64,000 nt of DNA from the NCBI GenBank assembly GCA_040387295.1, contig JAZKEB010000002.1:140802-204801 (forward strand). Direction: 5' to 3'. Positions 19,653 through 28,539 of the stretch are shown here, in pieces. The notes below the pieces were generated by a model. It was given only the letters and a program-made list of their open reading frames with translations, was not told the origin of the DNA and did not search any database. The stretch's first letter is position 1, and each line of letters opens with the position of its first letter. The stretch is from Bacteroidota bacterium. Lineage in GTDB: Bacteria; Bacteroidota; Bacteroidia; Flavobacteriales_D; Crocinitomicaceae. A program made the translations under genes and the position numbers.

Positions 19653-20588
19653 TTATGAGATTATAAAATGTGTACTTATGGATTCATTGTGTACCAAACG
19701 GTTGATGACGTCGGCAAACAAATCAGCAACAGAAACCACGCGGATTTTGTCGCTTTTTTCTTTCAACGGAATGGTATCCGTTACAATCAGTTCAGTGAGT
19801 TTGGAATTGTTGATACGCTCCATTGCCGGTCCTGAAAGCACTGCATGCGTACAAAATGCACGAACGCTTTTCGCTCCTTTTTCCATGAACAATTCAGCTG
19901 CTTTGGTAAGCGTTCCTGCTGTATCGCACATATCATCGATCAAAATCACATCTTTTCCGGCTACTTCACCGATCACTGTCATTTCAGCTATTTCGTTGGC
20001 TTTTTTACGGTGTTTGTGACAAATAGCCAATCCTGTATCCAATTTCTTGGCGTAGGCATTGGCACGTTTTGCTCCACCCGCATCCGGCGCAGCCATGATC
20101 AGGTTTCCGTTGTCCAACGCTTTCATTTCGTTGAAGAATAAAGTAGAAGCAAATAAATGATCTACCGGCACTTCAAAAAATCCTTGAATCTGGTCAGCAT
20201 GCAAGTCCATCGTCATCACACGATTCACACCGGCAGCCTGTAGCATGTTGGCAATCAGCTTGGCACCGATAGCAACACGTGGTTTGTCTTTACGATCTTG
20301 TCGAGCAAATCCAAAATAAGGAATCACTGCAATAATTTTACGCGCCGAAGCACGTTTTGCAGCATCTACCATCAACAATAACTCAAACAGGTTTTCTGTT
20401 GGAGGCATGGTTGATTGGACGATGAACACATCTTGTCCGCGAACGGTTTCTTCGAAGGAAGGTTGAAATTCACCGTCGCTGAACTCCACCACTTTTACGT
20501 CGCCAAGCGTTGTCCCAAACTTAGTTGCGACTTGTTCTGCGAGTATTTTGGAGGCTCTTCCGGCAAAAATTTTAATTCCTGTAGACAT
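19653..20588 (-). CDS. prs: Ribose-phosphate pyrophosphokinase
   Basis: FSDGE, PYFGFARQDRK, DLHADQIQGFF and ILIDDMCDTAGT; TATCTTTG on the minus strand at 20611-20618. Confidence 0.97.
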   Translation of the reverse strand: MSTGIKIFAGRASKILAEQVATKFGTTLGDVKVVEFSDGEFQPSFEETVRGQDVFIVQSTMPPTENLFELLLMVDAAKRASARKIIAVIPYFGFARQDRKDKPRVAIGAKLIANMLQAAGVNRVMTMDLHADQIQGFFEVPVDHLFASTLFFNEMKALDNGNLIMAAPDAGGAKRANAYAKKLDTGLAICHKHRKKANEIAEMTVIGEVAGKDVILIDDMCDTAGTLTKAAELFMEKGAKSVRAFCTHAVLSGPAMERINNSKLTELIVTDTIPLKEKSDKIRVVSVADLFADVINRLVHNESISTHFIIS

Positions 20589-20637
20589 GCTTTTATCCAT
20601 TTTGGAGGCACAAAGATAGGATATTTTTCCTTAACTC

Positions 20638-20745
20638 AATGCTGAACGCCTGAGAATGCTTGATTTTTGATGTTTGATGTTTCATTGGATTGGTCCACTC
20701 ACCGAAAACCCCAATTCAACATTCAACATTAAGCATTCAAAATTA
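20638..20745. repeat. Inverted arms of degenerate heptamer repeats
   Basis: Left arm GAATGCTTGATTTTTGATGTTTGATGTTT; right arm ATTCAACATTCAACATTAAGCATTC. Confidence 0.55.
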
Positions 20746-21909
20746 TTTCCGTTTCAGCCATCTCGGCAAAATAATCGACCCGATGAGCAAGTACGGAAAG
20801 TAACTGATCATTCGCCACAAAACAGCCATTCCGGCGAGTAAAATAGCGCTCGAAGTGATGTCGGACAAGAGTTCGCTAAATGCCCATTCGGCTGCTCCGC
20901 TTCCACCCGGTGTGGGAGAAATGCGCAGGAACATCCACAAGACCAATTGTTTGGCCAACACCTGAACGTGTTGCAACAATCCGAGGCTGACAAAAGCTTG
21001 TAAAATGCAGTTAATGACCAGGTAACGCGAAATCCAGGAGGAACAGGTGGCAACAAAAGTGCGTGCCCAAAAAGAAAATGATTCGGTTTTCAGCGCGATG
21101 GCCGTTTGCGCCACGTCATTTCCTACCTGCAACGCATTGGGTTTCCATCGCTTTAAAAAAGGAAGGCTTGTTACACCTCCAAGAATTCCTCTTAGTAAAT
21201 AAGGAAACTGGAATAAACTCAGGTAAAGCAGCAGACAAAGTACAGCAAACACCGAAAACCCTGTCCAGAACAAGGTCATTACTGCCCCGGCATTATCAAT
21301 TCCCGAAGGAAGCAAATCATCGGAAGAAACCATCAGGAATACCAACGGAATGAGCAATACGTAAAACAGATTATCGAAAAAAGCGGTGATGATCACGATG
21401 GCGGTTGATCTACCCAGGGCGATTTTCTCGCGATTCAGAATGAACATCGCCACTGTAGCTCCGCTCAATACTCCGGGAGCAAGGGCTGAAGCAAATTCCC
21501 ACAACATAATCACCGAAAAGCTCCGCCGCCAGGAAAGTTCCTTGTGGGTGAGAATCCTGATGCGCCACATATAAGCCAGATCGCGGCCCACCATTGCCAG
21601 AAGCGCCATGAAAATCCAGAAAAAGGTATTCGCTGACCAGTTGATATCTGCAATAACCTGCCAGGCGCTTTGCTTATTATAATTTCCTTGTTTTTGAGGA
21701 TAAAACTCAGCAGGAAGGTTCCAATCAACGCGACCGTTTTTATTGGTATCGATCCATGAATGTGTTCCCGAACCGGGTTTCACTTCATCAAATTCTACCT
21801 GCGACATGCTGCGGTAAAACAACCAACCCGAAATCCCTAAGCCCAATAACAAAGCGACATAAATGCGCCATTTGCTGAAGGCTTTCGTGATGGTGTCGGG
21901 AGTTTTCAT
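20743..21909 (-). CDS. Lysylphosphatidylglycerol synthase TM-domain (UPF0104, flippase-like) protein
   Basis: RDLAYMWR, LWEFASALAP, SPTPGGSGAAE and WRMISYFPYL; ATGA-coupled to the upstream gene. Confidence 0.85.
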   Translation of the reverse strand: MKTPDTITKAFSKWRIYVALLLGLGISGWLFYRSMSQVEFDEVKPGSGTHSWIDTNKNGRVDWNLPAEFYPQKQGNYNKQSAWQVIADINWSANTFFWIFMALLAMVGRDLAYMWRIRILTHKELSWRRSFSVIMLWEFASALAPGVLSGATVAMFILNREKIALGRSTAIVIITAFFDNLFYVLLIPLVFLMVSSDDLLPSGIDNAGAVMTLFWTGFSVFAVLCLLLYLSLFQFPYLLRGILGGVTSLPFLKRWKPNALQVGNDVAQTAIALKTESFSFWARTFVATCSSWISRYLVINCILQAFVSLGLLQHVQVLAKQLVLWMFLRISPTPGGSGAAEWAFSELLSDITSSAILLAGMAVLWRMISYFPYLLIGSIILPRWLKRK

Positions 21910-23441
21910 GGCTGCAGGATCAACGTCTCTTCTACTTCCCAATTGGCGCGCAATTTTTGCGTCAGGGTGTAACGAATTACTTGTTCGGCCTGTGTTTTTT
22001 CGTTGACATTACCGGTGTCCCATTTTCCGTTTTTGTTGCTGTCGCGAATGCAGCGAACATTGTATTGACCCGGTTCCAATTCAGTAAACACAACCGATTT
22101 GGCCGATTCGGGTTTGATCACCGAGTACAACGCTTTTTCGCTTTGAACCAGTTCAATGATCCATTGTCCGTCTAAATCAGGGCAATTGATTTTGAGCGTA
22201 CTCAAATCGGCAGGCAATAATGTGGCGTAGCTAAACGTCAATGAATCGGTCACAGCATGTGTTCCCACCACAGCTGCTTTGTTGAAATGAATGCTAAACG
22301 ATTGTGTGGTTTTTGCATCGGGAATGATGCACCATTGGTTCTTTTCGGTTGAAACCAGCGCATAAGGAACCGGATTTCCTTTTGTGGAAATAACGGTCAA
22401 TTCAGTTTGTTTGATTTCTTTGATTACATCATTGACTTCAAAAAACAGCGAGTCGCCTTGCCTCCATTTCACCGAAGGATTTTTAGCCCGAATGTGCAGC
22501 GGTGTCTGCAATTCACGTTCCGTAATCGGCTTGCGCAAGGTGTCTTCACCATAGATGATCTGGTAAGTGGAGCCTGTTCTTTCCGGAATAGCCACTATCA
22601 AAGAATCATCAGTGAACCGCCGAATGACCTCAGCTTTGAAGCCGTTGATCATTAGTTTTTCAGGATCCAACTGTTCCAGATGATGGACAGTAAACAAACC
22701 CGGTAATTGCGCATCGACCTTGATTTTGTTGCGTTGCGGTTCCGGGCTGAAAAGCGATAACACGACCGGGGTACTATCACCAACGACCACTGTTTCGGAG
22801 GAAAATCCGACAACTTCAGTCGCTTGCGGCAATTGGTCTTTGTTTTGATCGAGGAAAGCAAACAGTTGGTAAGGCGCATTTTTTAGGTACGAAAACCGGA
22901 AAGTTCCCGTTGATGTTGAACGCGTTGCATAGAGCGGTTTATCGGTCATTGGATCGGCTTCCAGGGTATATAAACCAACCGAAACCTGATTCATTACCTG
23001 GTTCGAAAAGGCGTTTACCACCCGACCTTCCAATCCAAGTGAATCAATATAGGCACCGGTTGCAAAAATCACCTGCGTAATGGAATCATTGCCTTCGTTC
23101 AGGTCACGTACCGTTCCGTTGAATTGCAAAATATAAGTTGTATTGGGCAAAAGCGGTTCTTCCCAGGAAACGGTAACAGTACGGTTTTTCTTCTCGGTGG
23201 TCAATTTCCCAACCGACGGATTCATGGTAACGGTTGAAAGCGGGTCATTGACTACAATGTTTTCGTCAAAAGTCATTCGCACCTCATTGCCCGAGAAAAA
23301 AGTTGTTCCCTGTTCGGGTGTTTGGCTCACCGTTTTGGGCGCAAATTCATCTTCATCACCACCGGTAAGCGGCATGACGTCGGCGCAGGAACTAACCAGC
23401 AACCCAAAGAAAACAATTAAAAACAGTGCGTTCCGAGCCAT
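21906..23441 (-). CDS. Ig-like (Big_5) domain lipoprotein
   Basis: Lipobox LLVSS-C, GGDEDEFAP, FDE, YILQFNGTVRDLNEGN and RDSNKNGKWDTG. Confidence 0.8.
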   Translation of the reverse strand: MARNALFLIVFFGLLVSSCADVMPLTGGDEDEFAPKTVSQTPEQGTTFFSGNEVRMTFDENIVVNDPLSTVTMNPSVGKLTTEKKNRTVTVSWEEPLLPNTTYILQFNGTVRDLNEGNDSITQVIFATGAYIDSLGLEGRVVNAFSNQVMNQVSVGLYTLEADPMTDKPLYATRSTSTGTFRFSYLKNAPYQLFAFLDQNKDQLPQATEVVGFSSETVVVGDSTPVVLSLFSPEPQRNKIKVDAQLPGLFTVHHLEQLDPEKLMINGFKAEVIRRFTDDSLIVAIPERTGSTYQIIYGEDTLRKPITERELQTPLHIRAKNPSVKWRQGDSLFFEVNDVIKEIKQTELTVISTKGNPVPYALVSTEKNQWCIIPDAKTTQSFSIHFNKAAVVGTHAVTDSLTFSYATLLPADLSTLKINCPDLDGQWIIELVQSEKALYSVIKPESAKSVVFTELEPGQYNVRCIRDSNKNGKWDTGNVNEKTQAEQVIRYTLTQKLRANWEVEETLILQP

Positions 23442-23899
23442 TGACAAAGTTCTGTTAAGTACTGCGCATCTGTTTGATCGAAGTCGTTGAGTTGGTTACT
23501 ATCTACATCCAATACAGCTACCACTGTTCCGTTTTTACTGATCGGAACAACAATTTCACTGCGCGAATCACCGCTGCAGGCAATGTGTCCGGGAAAGGCA
23601 TCTACATCAGGAACAACCAGCGTTTCGTTGCGTTCCCAGGCGGTTCCGCATACTCCTTTTCCTTTCGCAATGCGGGTGCAGGCAATCGGACCCTGAAACG
23701 GGCCTAATACCAATTGATTTTCCTCAACGGTGTAAAAACCCACCCAGAAAAACCCGAATGCCGTTTTCAGCGCAGCGGCCGTGTTGGCAAGGTTAGCGGT
23801 ACGATTCGATTCACCCTCGACCAATGCTTTTATCTGAGGAAGCAATTGTTGGTATTGTTCGGTTTTTGTTCCGCTTACAATCGAGAGCGATTCCGCCAT
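23417..23899 (-). CDS. msrC: GAF-domain free methionine-(R)-sulfoxide reductase
   Basis: WVGFY, LGPFQGPIACTRI, GKGVCG, FPGHIAC and SEIVVP. Confidence 0.85.
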   Translation of the reverse strand: MAESLSIVSGTKTEQYQQLLPQIKALVEGESNRTANLANTAAALKTAFGFFWVGFYTVEENQLVLGPFQGPIACTRIAKGKGVCGTAWERNETLVVPDVDAFPGHIACSGDSRSEIVVPISKNGTVVAVLDVDSNQLNDFDQTDAQYLTELCQWLGTHCF

Positions 23900-24032
23900 G
23901 GTAACTTTTTTTACAAAAATAAGGAATCTTATTCCTTACGCGTGACTTTGGGTTTTTTGCGTCATTTTTTTTGATCGATTGCTTGGATGTAAGCGATAAT
24001 TTTACCTAACTTGATTTAGAAAAACACAAATT

Positions 24033-24755
24033 ATGCTTGATCTTACGCAACTTGACAAAATCCTTTTCCTTGACATTGAAACCGTTCCTGAAGTCTATCG
24101 CTTCGCGGATGTAGACAGCTCAACCGCCAAATTATTCGAGTCAAAAAACATGCGGTACAAAACCGACGACAAGACCTTTGACCAGGTTTATGACGAAAAA
24201 GCGGGCATTTATGCCGAATTCGGTAAAATCGTTTGTATTTCGGTCGGATTCGTTCGTTCTACCGCTACCGGAAGAACGATGTACATCAAATCATACGCTC
24301 ACGATGACGAAGAAACCTTATTGCGACAGTTTGTGCGTTTGCTGGAAGACAGTTATAACAAACCCGACAAACGCTTGTGCGGCCACAACTCCAAAGAATT
24401 TGACATTCCGTTTATTTGCCGGCGTTTGCTTATTAATGGCATTGCACTGCCCAATGTATTGAACCTTGCGGGTAAAAAGCCGTGGGAAATCCAGCACCTC
24501 GATACGATGGAATTGTGGAAGTTCGGTGATTACAAAGCTTACACCAGCCTCGCGTTGTTGTGCAATGTGTTCAAAATCCCAACACCGAAAGACGATATTT
24601 CAGGCGCCGATGTAGCACGGGTTTATTACGAGGAAAACGATCTGGAACGCATTAAAATTTATTGCGAAAAAGATGTAGTGGCACTCATTCAGCTGTTTTT
24701 ACGCATGAATGGTGAAGCTCTGATTGATGAGGGAAATATTACGATAAAGGATTGA
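24033..24755 (+). CDS. PolB-like 3'-5' exonuclease family protein
   Basis: LFLDIET (ExoI), GHNSKEFDIPF (ExoII) and YCEKDV (ExoIII). Confidence 0.85.
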   Translation: MLDLTQLDKILFLDIETVPEVYRFADVDSSTAKLFESKNMRYKTDDKTFDQVYDEKAGIYAEFGKIVCISVGFVRSTATGRTMYIKSYAHDDEETLLRQFVRLLEDSYNKPDKRLCGHNSKEFDIPFICRRLLINGIALPNVLNLAGKKPWEIQHLDTMELWKFGDYKAYTSLALLCNVFKIPTPKDDISGADVARVYYEENDLERIKIYCEKDVVALIQLFLRMNGEALIDEGNITIKD

Positions 24756-24799
24756 AAACCCGGTCTGACACCAAATACTTAGACAATTCGCGGATGTTT

Positions 24800-25006
24800 T
24801 TAATTGAATCTTTTGTTTATTGTGCGCACAAAATTGCTTATCCTATATTATTCAACTGATTGTTTTACAGCATAAAATCCGAAAACACTTCAGGAATGAC
24901 TAAAATTCTGCGTGTGAGTTCCGGGTGATAATGATCGAACAAAAGTACCGTCGAATGAATGGATCTCAATACTCACTTTGTCTGAAATCTGATAACGCAT
25001 GATGGT
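24800..25006 (-). pseudogene. Decayed T9SS-CTD/Ig-like tail of the FG-GAP gene
   Basis: Reading in frame past the stop gives TIMRYQISDKVSIEIHSFDGTFVRSLSPGTHTQNFSHS*SVFGFYAVK. Confidence 0.35.
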
Positions 25007-26542
25007 TTAATTTTCAGTGCCGTTTCTCAAATAACTATAAGGGGCTGGCAGCACGGTTTCGTCTGTTGTAAACCGAAGCGATTGACTCTCCAAAACAATC
25101 ACTATCTGATTGGCCGGCACATCGGTATATCGGTCAACGATACCCGAAGGCCATTCTATTACAATTTCCGAACACCGTGCAGCATTCCCCAAACCAATAT
25201 GAGCAGCCAACATATTCTGTCCGCAATAACCCGATTGCGCCGAAATTTCGCGGAGCTGCCACGTTTCTTTTCCATTTATTTCAGCTTTCACCTTCACCTT
25301 GGCACCGATTGCCGAGCGATTGGAAATGGTACCGTTACACTGAATTTCGAGCCAGTGATTGGTATTTCCATTGTTGTGATAAAGCGAATTTGGCTGCGTG
25401 CCGTCAAAACAATTGGCAACGGCCAAATCAAGAAAACCATCGTTGTCGTAATCGGCAAAAGCACAGCCATACGACCATCCCGGATCACCAACGATTGCTG
25501 AATTGGTGTCTCTCGAAAACGAACCGTCGCCATTGTTCCGATAAAGAAAATTCGGTTGACGTTTCCCGACTGTAAATGCATTGGTGACGTACAGATCCAA
25601 ATCACCGTCGTTGTCGATATCGCCCCAGTTACTTCCGAAGGAATGACTGGGCGTTTTACAGATTTCGTCGTCATTCAAACGGCTGTAAGTGCCGTCGTTG
25701 TTATTGCGCAGCAGATCGTTGAAACCGTTGTCGTTTGCGAAGAAAAAATCAAGATCGCCATCGTTGTCGAAATCAATGCTGTTGGTACTCATGGTATTTC
25801 CGGGATTGTAACCCGTTATTTCCTCCAGTGAAACAGCACTGAAATTGCCGTTTCCTTCATTCCGATAGAGGTTTTCGAACTGTTGATTTTCATTTCCCAC
25901 CAACAAATCAACGTCACCATCCAGATCGAAATCGGTCCAATTGGCAGAACGCGACGCAAAACGGTCCGTAACGGGAAGTCCGCTCGTTATTTTTGAAAAG
26001 TTATTCCTGCCGTCATTATGATAAAGTACATTGCACAAATTTCCTTCACTGTGTGTCACGTACAGATCAACCAGTCCATCGTTGTCATAATCTCCCCAGG
26101 TTGCAGTTTCGGAATAACCCAAATCGGTAGCGACCGGTCCTTTTTTCGCCAGTGTAAAAGTCCCTTTTCTATTGTTCTCATAAAACAGGTTGGGTTGATT
26201 GTACCAGTTGGTAACCATGCAATCCGGATCGCCATCATTATCCGTATCGGCCCAAGTGGCTCCAACCGAAGGCATGTTATCGTTCACAATCGGATCGCCG
26301 GTGACTGTCGAAAATGTACCATCGCCCTTATTCAAATAGAGTAAATTATTTTGTCCCCCCCTTTTCCCGTTGCTGATAAACAAATCCACATAACCGTCAT
26401 TGTTTACATCAATCCAGTTGACGCTGCGCGAATCGGAAGGTGTATTGACCAAATCGCCGGTGGTGATTTTTGTAAAGGTTTGCCCAATGCACAAAACACC
26501 CGTTGCGAAGAGAAAAATCGTGGAAATAAAGTGTTGTTTCAT
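25007..26542 (-). CDS. CRTAC1-family FG-GAP/VCBS-repeat protein with ASPIC/UnbV domain
   Basis: Seven DxDNDGxxDL repeats, NRSAIGAKV, and AHIGLG followed by IEWPSG. Confidence 0.88.
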   Translation of the reverse strand: MKQHFISTIFLFATGVLCIGQTFTKITTGDLVNTPSDSRSVNWIDVNNDGYVDLFISNGKRGGQNNLLYLNKGDGTFSTVTGDPIVNDNMPSVGATWADTDNDGDPDCMVTNWYNQPNLFYENNRKGTFTLAKKGPVATDLGYSETATWGDYDNDGLVDLYVTHSEGNLCNVLYHNDGRNNFSKITSGLPVTDRFASRSANWTDFDLDGDVDLLVGNENQQFENLYRNEGNGNFSAVSLEEITGYNPGNTMSTNSIDFDNDGDLDFFFANDNGFNDLLRNNNDGTYSRLNDDEICKTPSHSFGSNWGDIDNDGDLDLYVTNAFTVGKRQPNFLYRNNGDGSFSRDTNSAIVGDPGWSYGCAFADYDNDGFLDLAVANCFDGTQPNSLYHNNGNTNHWLEIQCNGTISNRSAIGAKVKVKAEINGKETWQLREISAQSGYCGQNMLAAHIGLGNAARCSEIVIEWPSGIVDRYTDVPANQIVIVLESQSLRFTTDETVLPAPYSYLRNGTEN

Positions 26543-26543
26543 A

Positions 26544-27425
26544 CTAGTGAATTTGGACCAATTCCCGTTCGGTTCCATTGACGTGATGAATCACCATCAG
26601 GTAATTTCCTTTAGCCAAATCATCCGGTAATTTGATCGTTTGACCGCACACCTGATAATCAGCTTTCCAGACGATGGTTCCATCGGTTTGAACCAATTCC
26701 AGAAAAGTTGGTTGCATATTCGATCGCATGGAAATAGTCACGTTTCCGGTGGTCGGATTTGGATACACACTAAACAAATTCGTTTCCTTTTCGGCAACGG
26801 TCAGTTCACTGCAAATAATGGCGGCTGTTGCCCATGTTGAAGGATTTGGTTTATCAGCAGTTTCAGGATACATGTGCCAGGTTCCGCCTGCGCTCATCAC
26901 ATCAAACGCAATCCCAATTGAATCACCTGAACCAAGCGTATAGCCAATTTTCGAGAACGGAATCGCAATTTCAATCGAATCGGTATATGGAAGTCCTGGT
27001 TGAATATTGTTTACAGCCGTCCAATCGGGCTGAACTTCCTGGCAGTTGTCCCACACGTCCGAACTACCCTGGTTTTCGCAGTCTGAATCAGCAACAAAGA
27101 ACCACCAGTCATCGGGTTGCCAGGTTGTTTCTTTGCTATTGTTTACATCGATGACAATTTCCGGAAAATGAAGAAGCGATTCCAGGTGATCCTGAAACAA
27201 AAAATACAAGTGTGTGGAATCGTGCATGCAGGCAATCCTGGTGATTTGATTCGCCACATTAATTTCCACTTCTGTCGCCATAAACCATTCGTCGGCTGCT
27301 ACTATCCCATCCAGTTGCGGTGGCGGACTACAATTGATCTGGAATACCTGTGCATTTCCCAATAATGAAATGCCACTGAAAAAGACGGAAAGGAAAAACG
27401 CCTGAGTTATTTTTTGTCGGAACAT
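26544..27425 (-). CDS. T9SS-secreted protein with DOMON/CBM9-like domain
   Basis: Signal peptide, LDGIVAADEW and IEIAIPFSKIG; CTD VYPNPTTG...GNYLM. Confidence 0.7.
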   Translation of the reverse strand: MFRQKITQAFFLSVFFSGISLLGNAQVFQINCSPPPQLDGIVAADEWFMATEVEINVANQITRIACMHDSTHLYFLFQDHLESLLHFPEIVIDVNNSKETTWQPDDWWFFVADSDCENQGSSDVWDNCQEVQPDWTAVNNIQPGLPYTDSIEIAIPFSKIGYTLGSGDSIGIAFDVMSAGGTWHMYPETADKPNPSTWATAAIICSELTVAEKETNLFSVYPNPTTGNVTISMRSNMQPTFLELVQTDGTIVWKADYQVCGQTIKLPDDLAKGNYLMVIHHVNGTERELVQIH

Positions 27426-27724
27426 AATTGTGGTTTTTGTTACGCACAATACTACGGAAAGATCGTGCTGTTCCCGCGGTCAAACAACCGACAACCAATG
27501 CTTACAGACAGACAAACCGTTTGCTTCATTCAACGTTGTTAAAGCGGTTTTAAACGTCATTCATTCGTGAAAACATGTCGTTGATTCCAGGCAAGTAACT
27601 AATGATCATCTTCAGGGAATGAAAAGCACCCGATTCCGTATTTTTATTGGATCAATTCAAATCGGATTTTCCAAGAGAAATGGGTACTTTACCCCATCCG
27701 ATTAACCTTAGAAGTTGAAGAATT

Positions 27725-28441
27725 ATGCGCGTTTATAGTTGTCTGATTGTAGAAGATGAGCCGCTGGCAGTGGAAATTCTGCAAGAGTACATTCAGGAAG
27801 TTCCATTTCTGGAGCTAACCGCTGTAGCTCCTAATGCCGTGAATGCGTTGCAAATTCTACAGGAAAAAACAATTGATGTGTTGTTTCTAGACATTCATCT
27901 GCCACTGCTAAAAGGATTGGATTTTCTGAAAACACTCAAGCAGCAACCGCACGTAATCATCACCACTGCTTATCACCAATATGCGCTGGAAAGCTATGAA
28001 TACAATGTGATTGATTATTTATTGAAACCCATAGAATTCAGCAGGTTTCTTACAGCGGTGAACAAAATTCATGTGAAAGAACAGCCACAAACTGCAACAA
28101 TACTTACAAGTGTTTCAACAGAACGGCCTTTTCTCTTTTGTACCGTCAATAAAAAGCGGATTCGTATTTTCCTCGATGAACTGTTGTGCATCGAAAGTCA
28201 GAAAGAATACAGCAAGATTATCACTGTTTCCAAGACCATTCTCACAAAGCTTAGTCCGGCGCAAATCGATACGTTCCTTTCGAGCGGAAATTGCATGCGC
28301 GTACATCGTTCGTTTATCGTAGCAATTGATAAAATCGACTCCTACAGCGCTATGGAAATTGAAATCGGTGGTTTGCGCATTCCGATAGGTCGCAGCTACA
28401 AAGAGCTCGTGCAACAGGCCTTGGATAATCTGAGCAGATAG
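27725..28441 (+). CDS. LytR/AlgR (LytTR) response regulator
   Basis: IVEDEP, FLDIHLP, DYLLKP and MRVHRSFIV; ends IPIGRSYK. Confidence 0.93.
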   Translation: MRVYSCLIVEDEPLAVEILQEYIQEVPFLELTAVAPNAVNALQILQEKTIDVLFLDIHLPLLKGLDFLKTLKQQPHVIITTAYHQYALESYEYNVIDYLLKPIEFSRFLTAVNKIHVKEQPQTATILTSVSTERPFLFCTVNKKRIRIFLDELLCIESQKEYSKIITVSKTILTKLSPAQIDTFLSSGNCMRVHRSFIVAIDKIDSYSAMEIEIGGLRIPIGRSYKELVQQALDNLSR

Positions 28442-28539
28442 CTTTTTGGAATTGGAAATTGAAATTTTGAAAGAGTTGACAATCAAAAGGGTCAAACACT
28501 TGCACAGACTTCCGTATATTTAGGGCATATTTCAGCACT

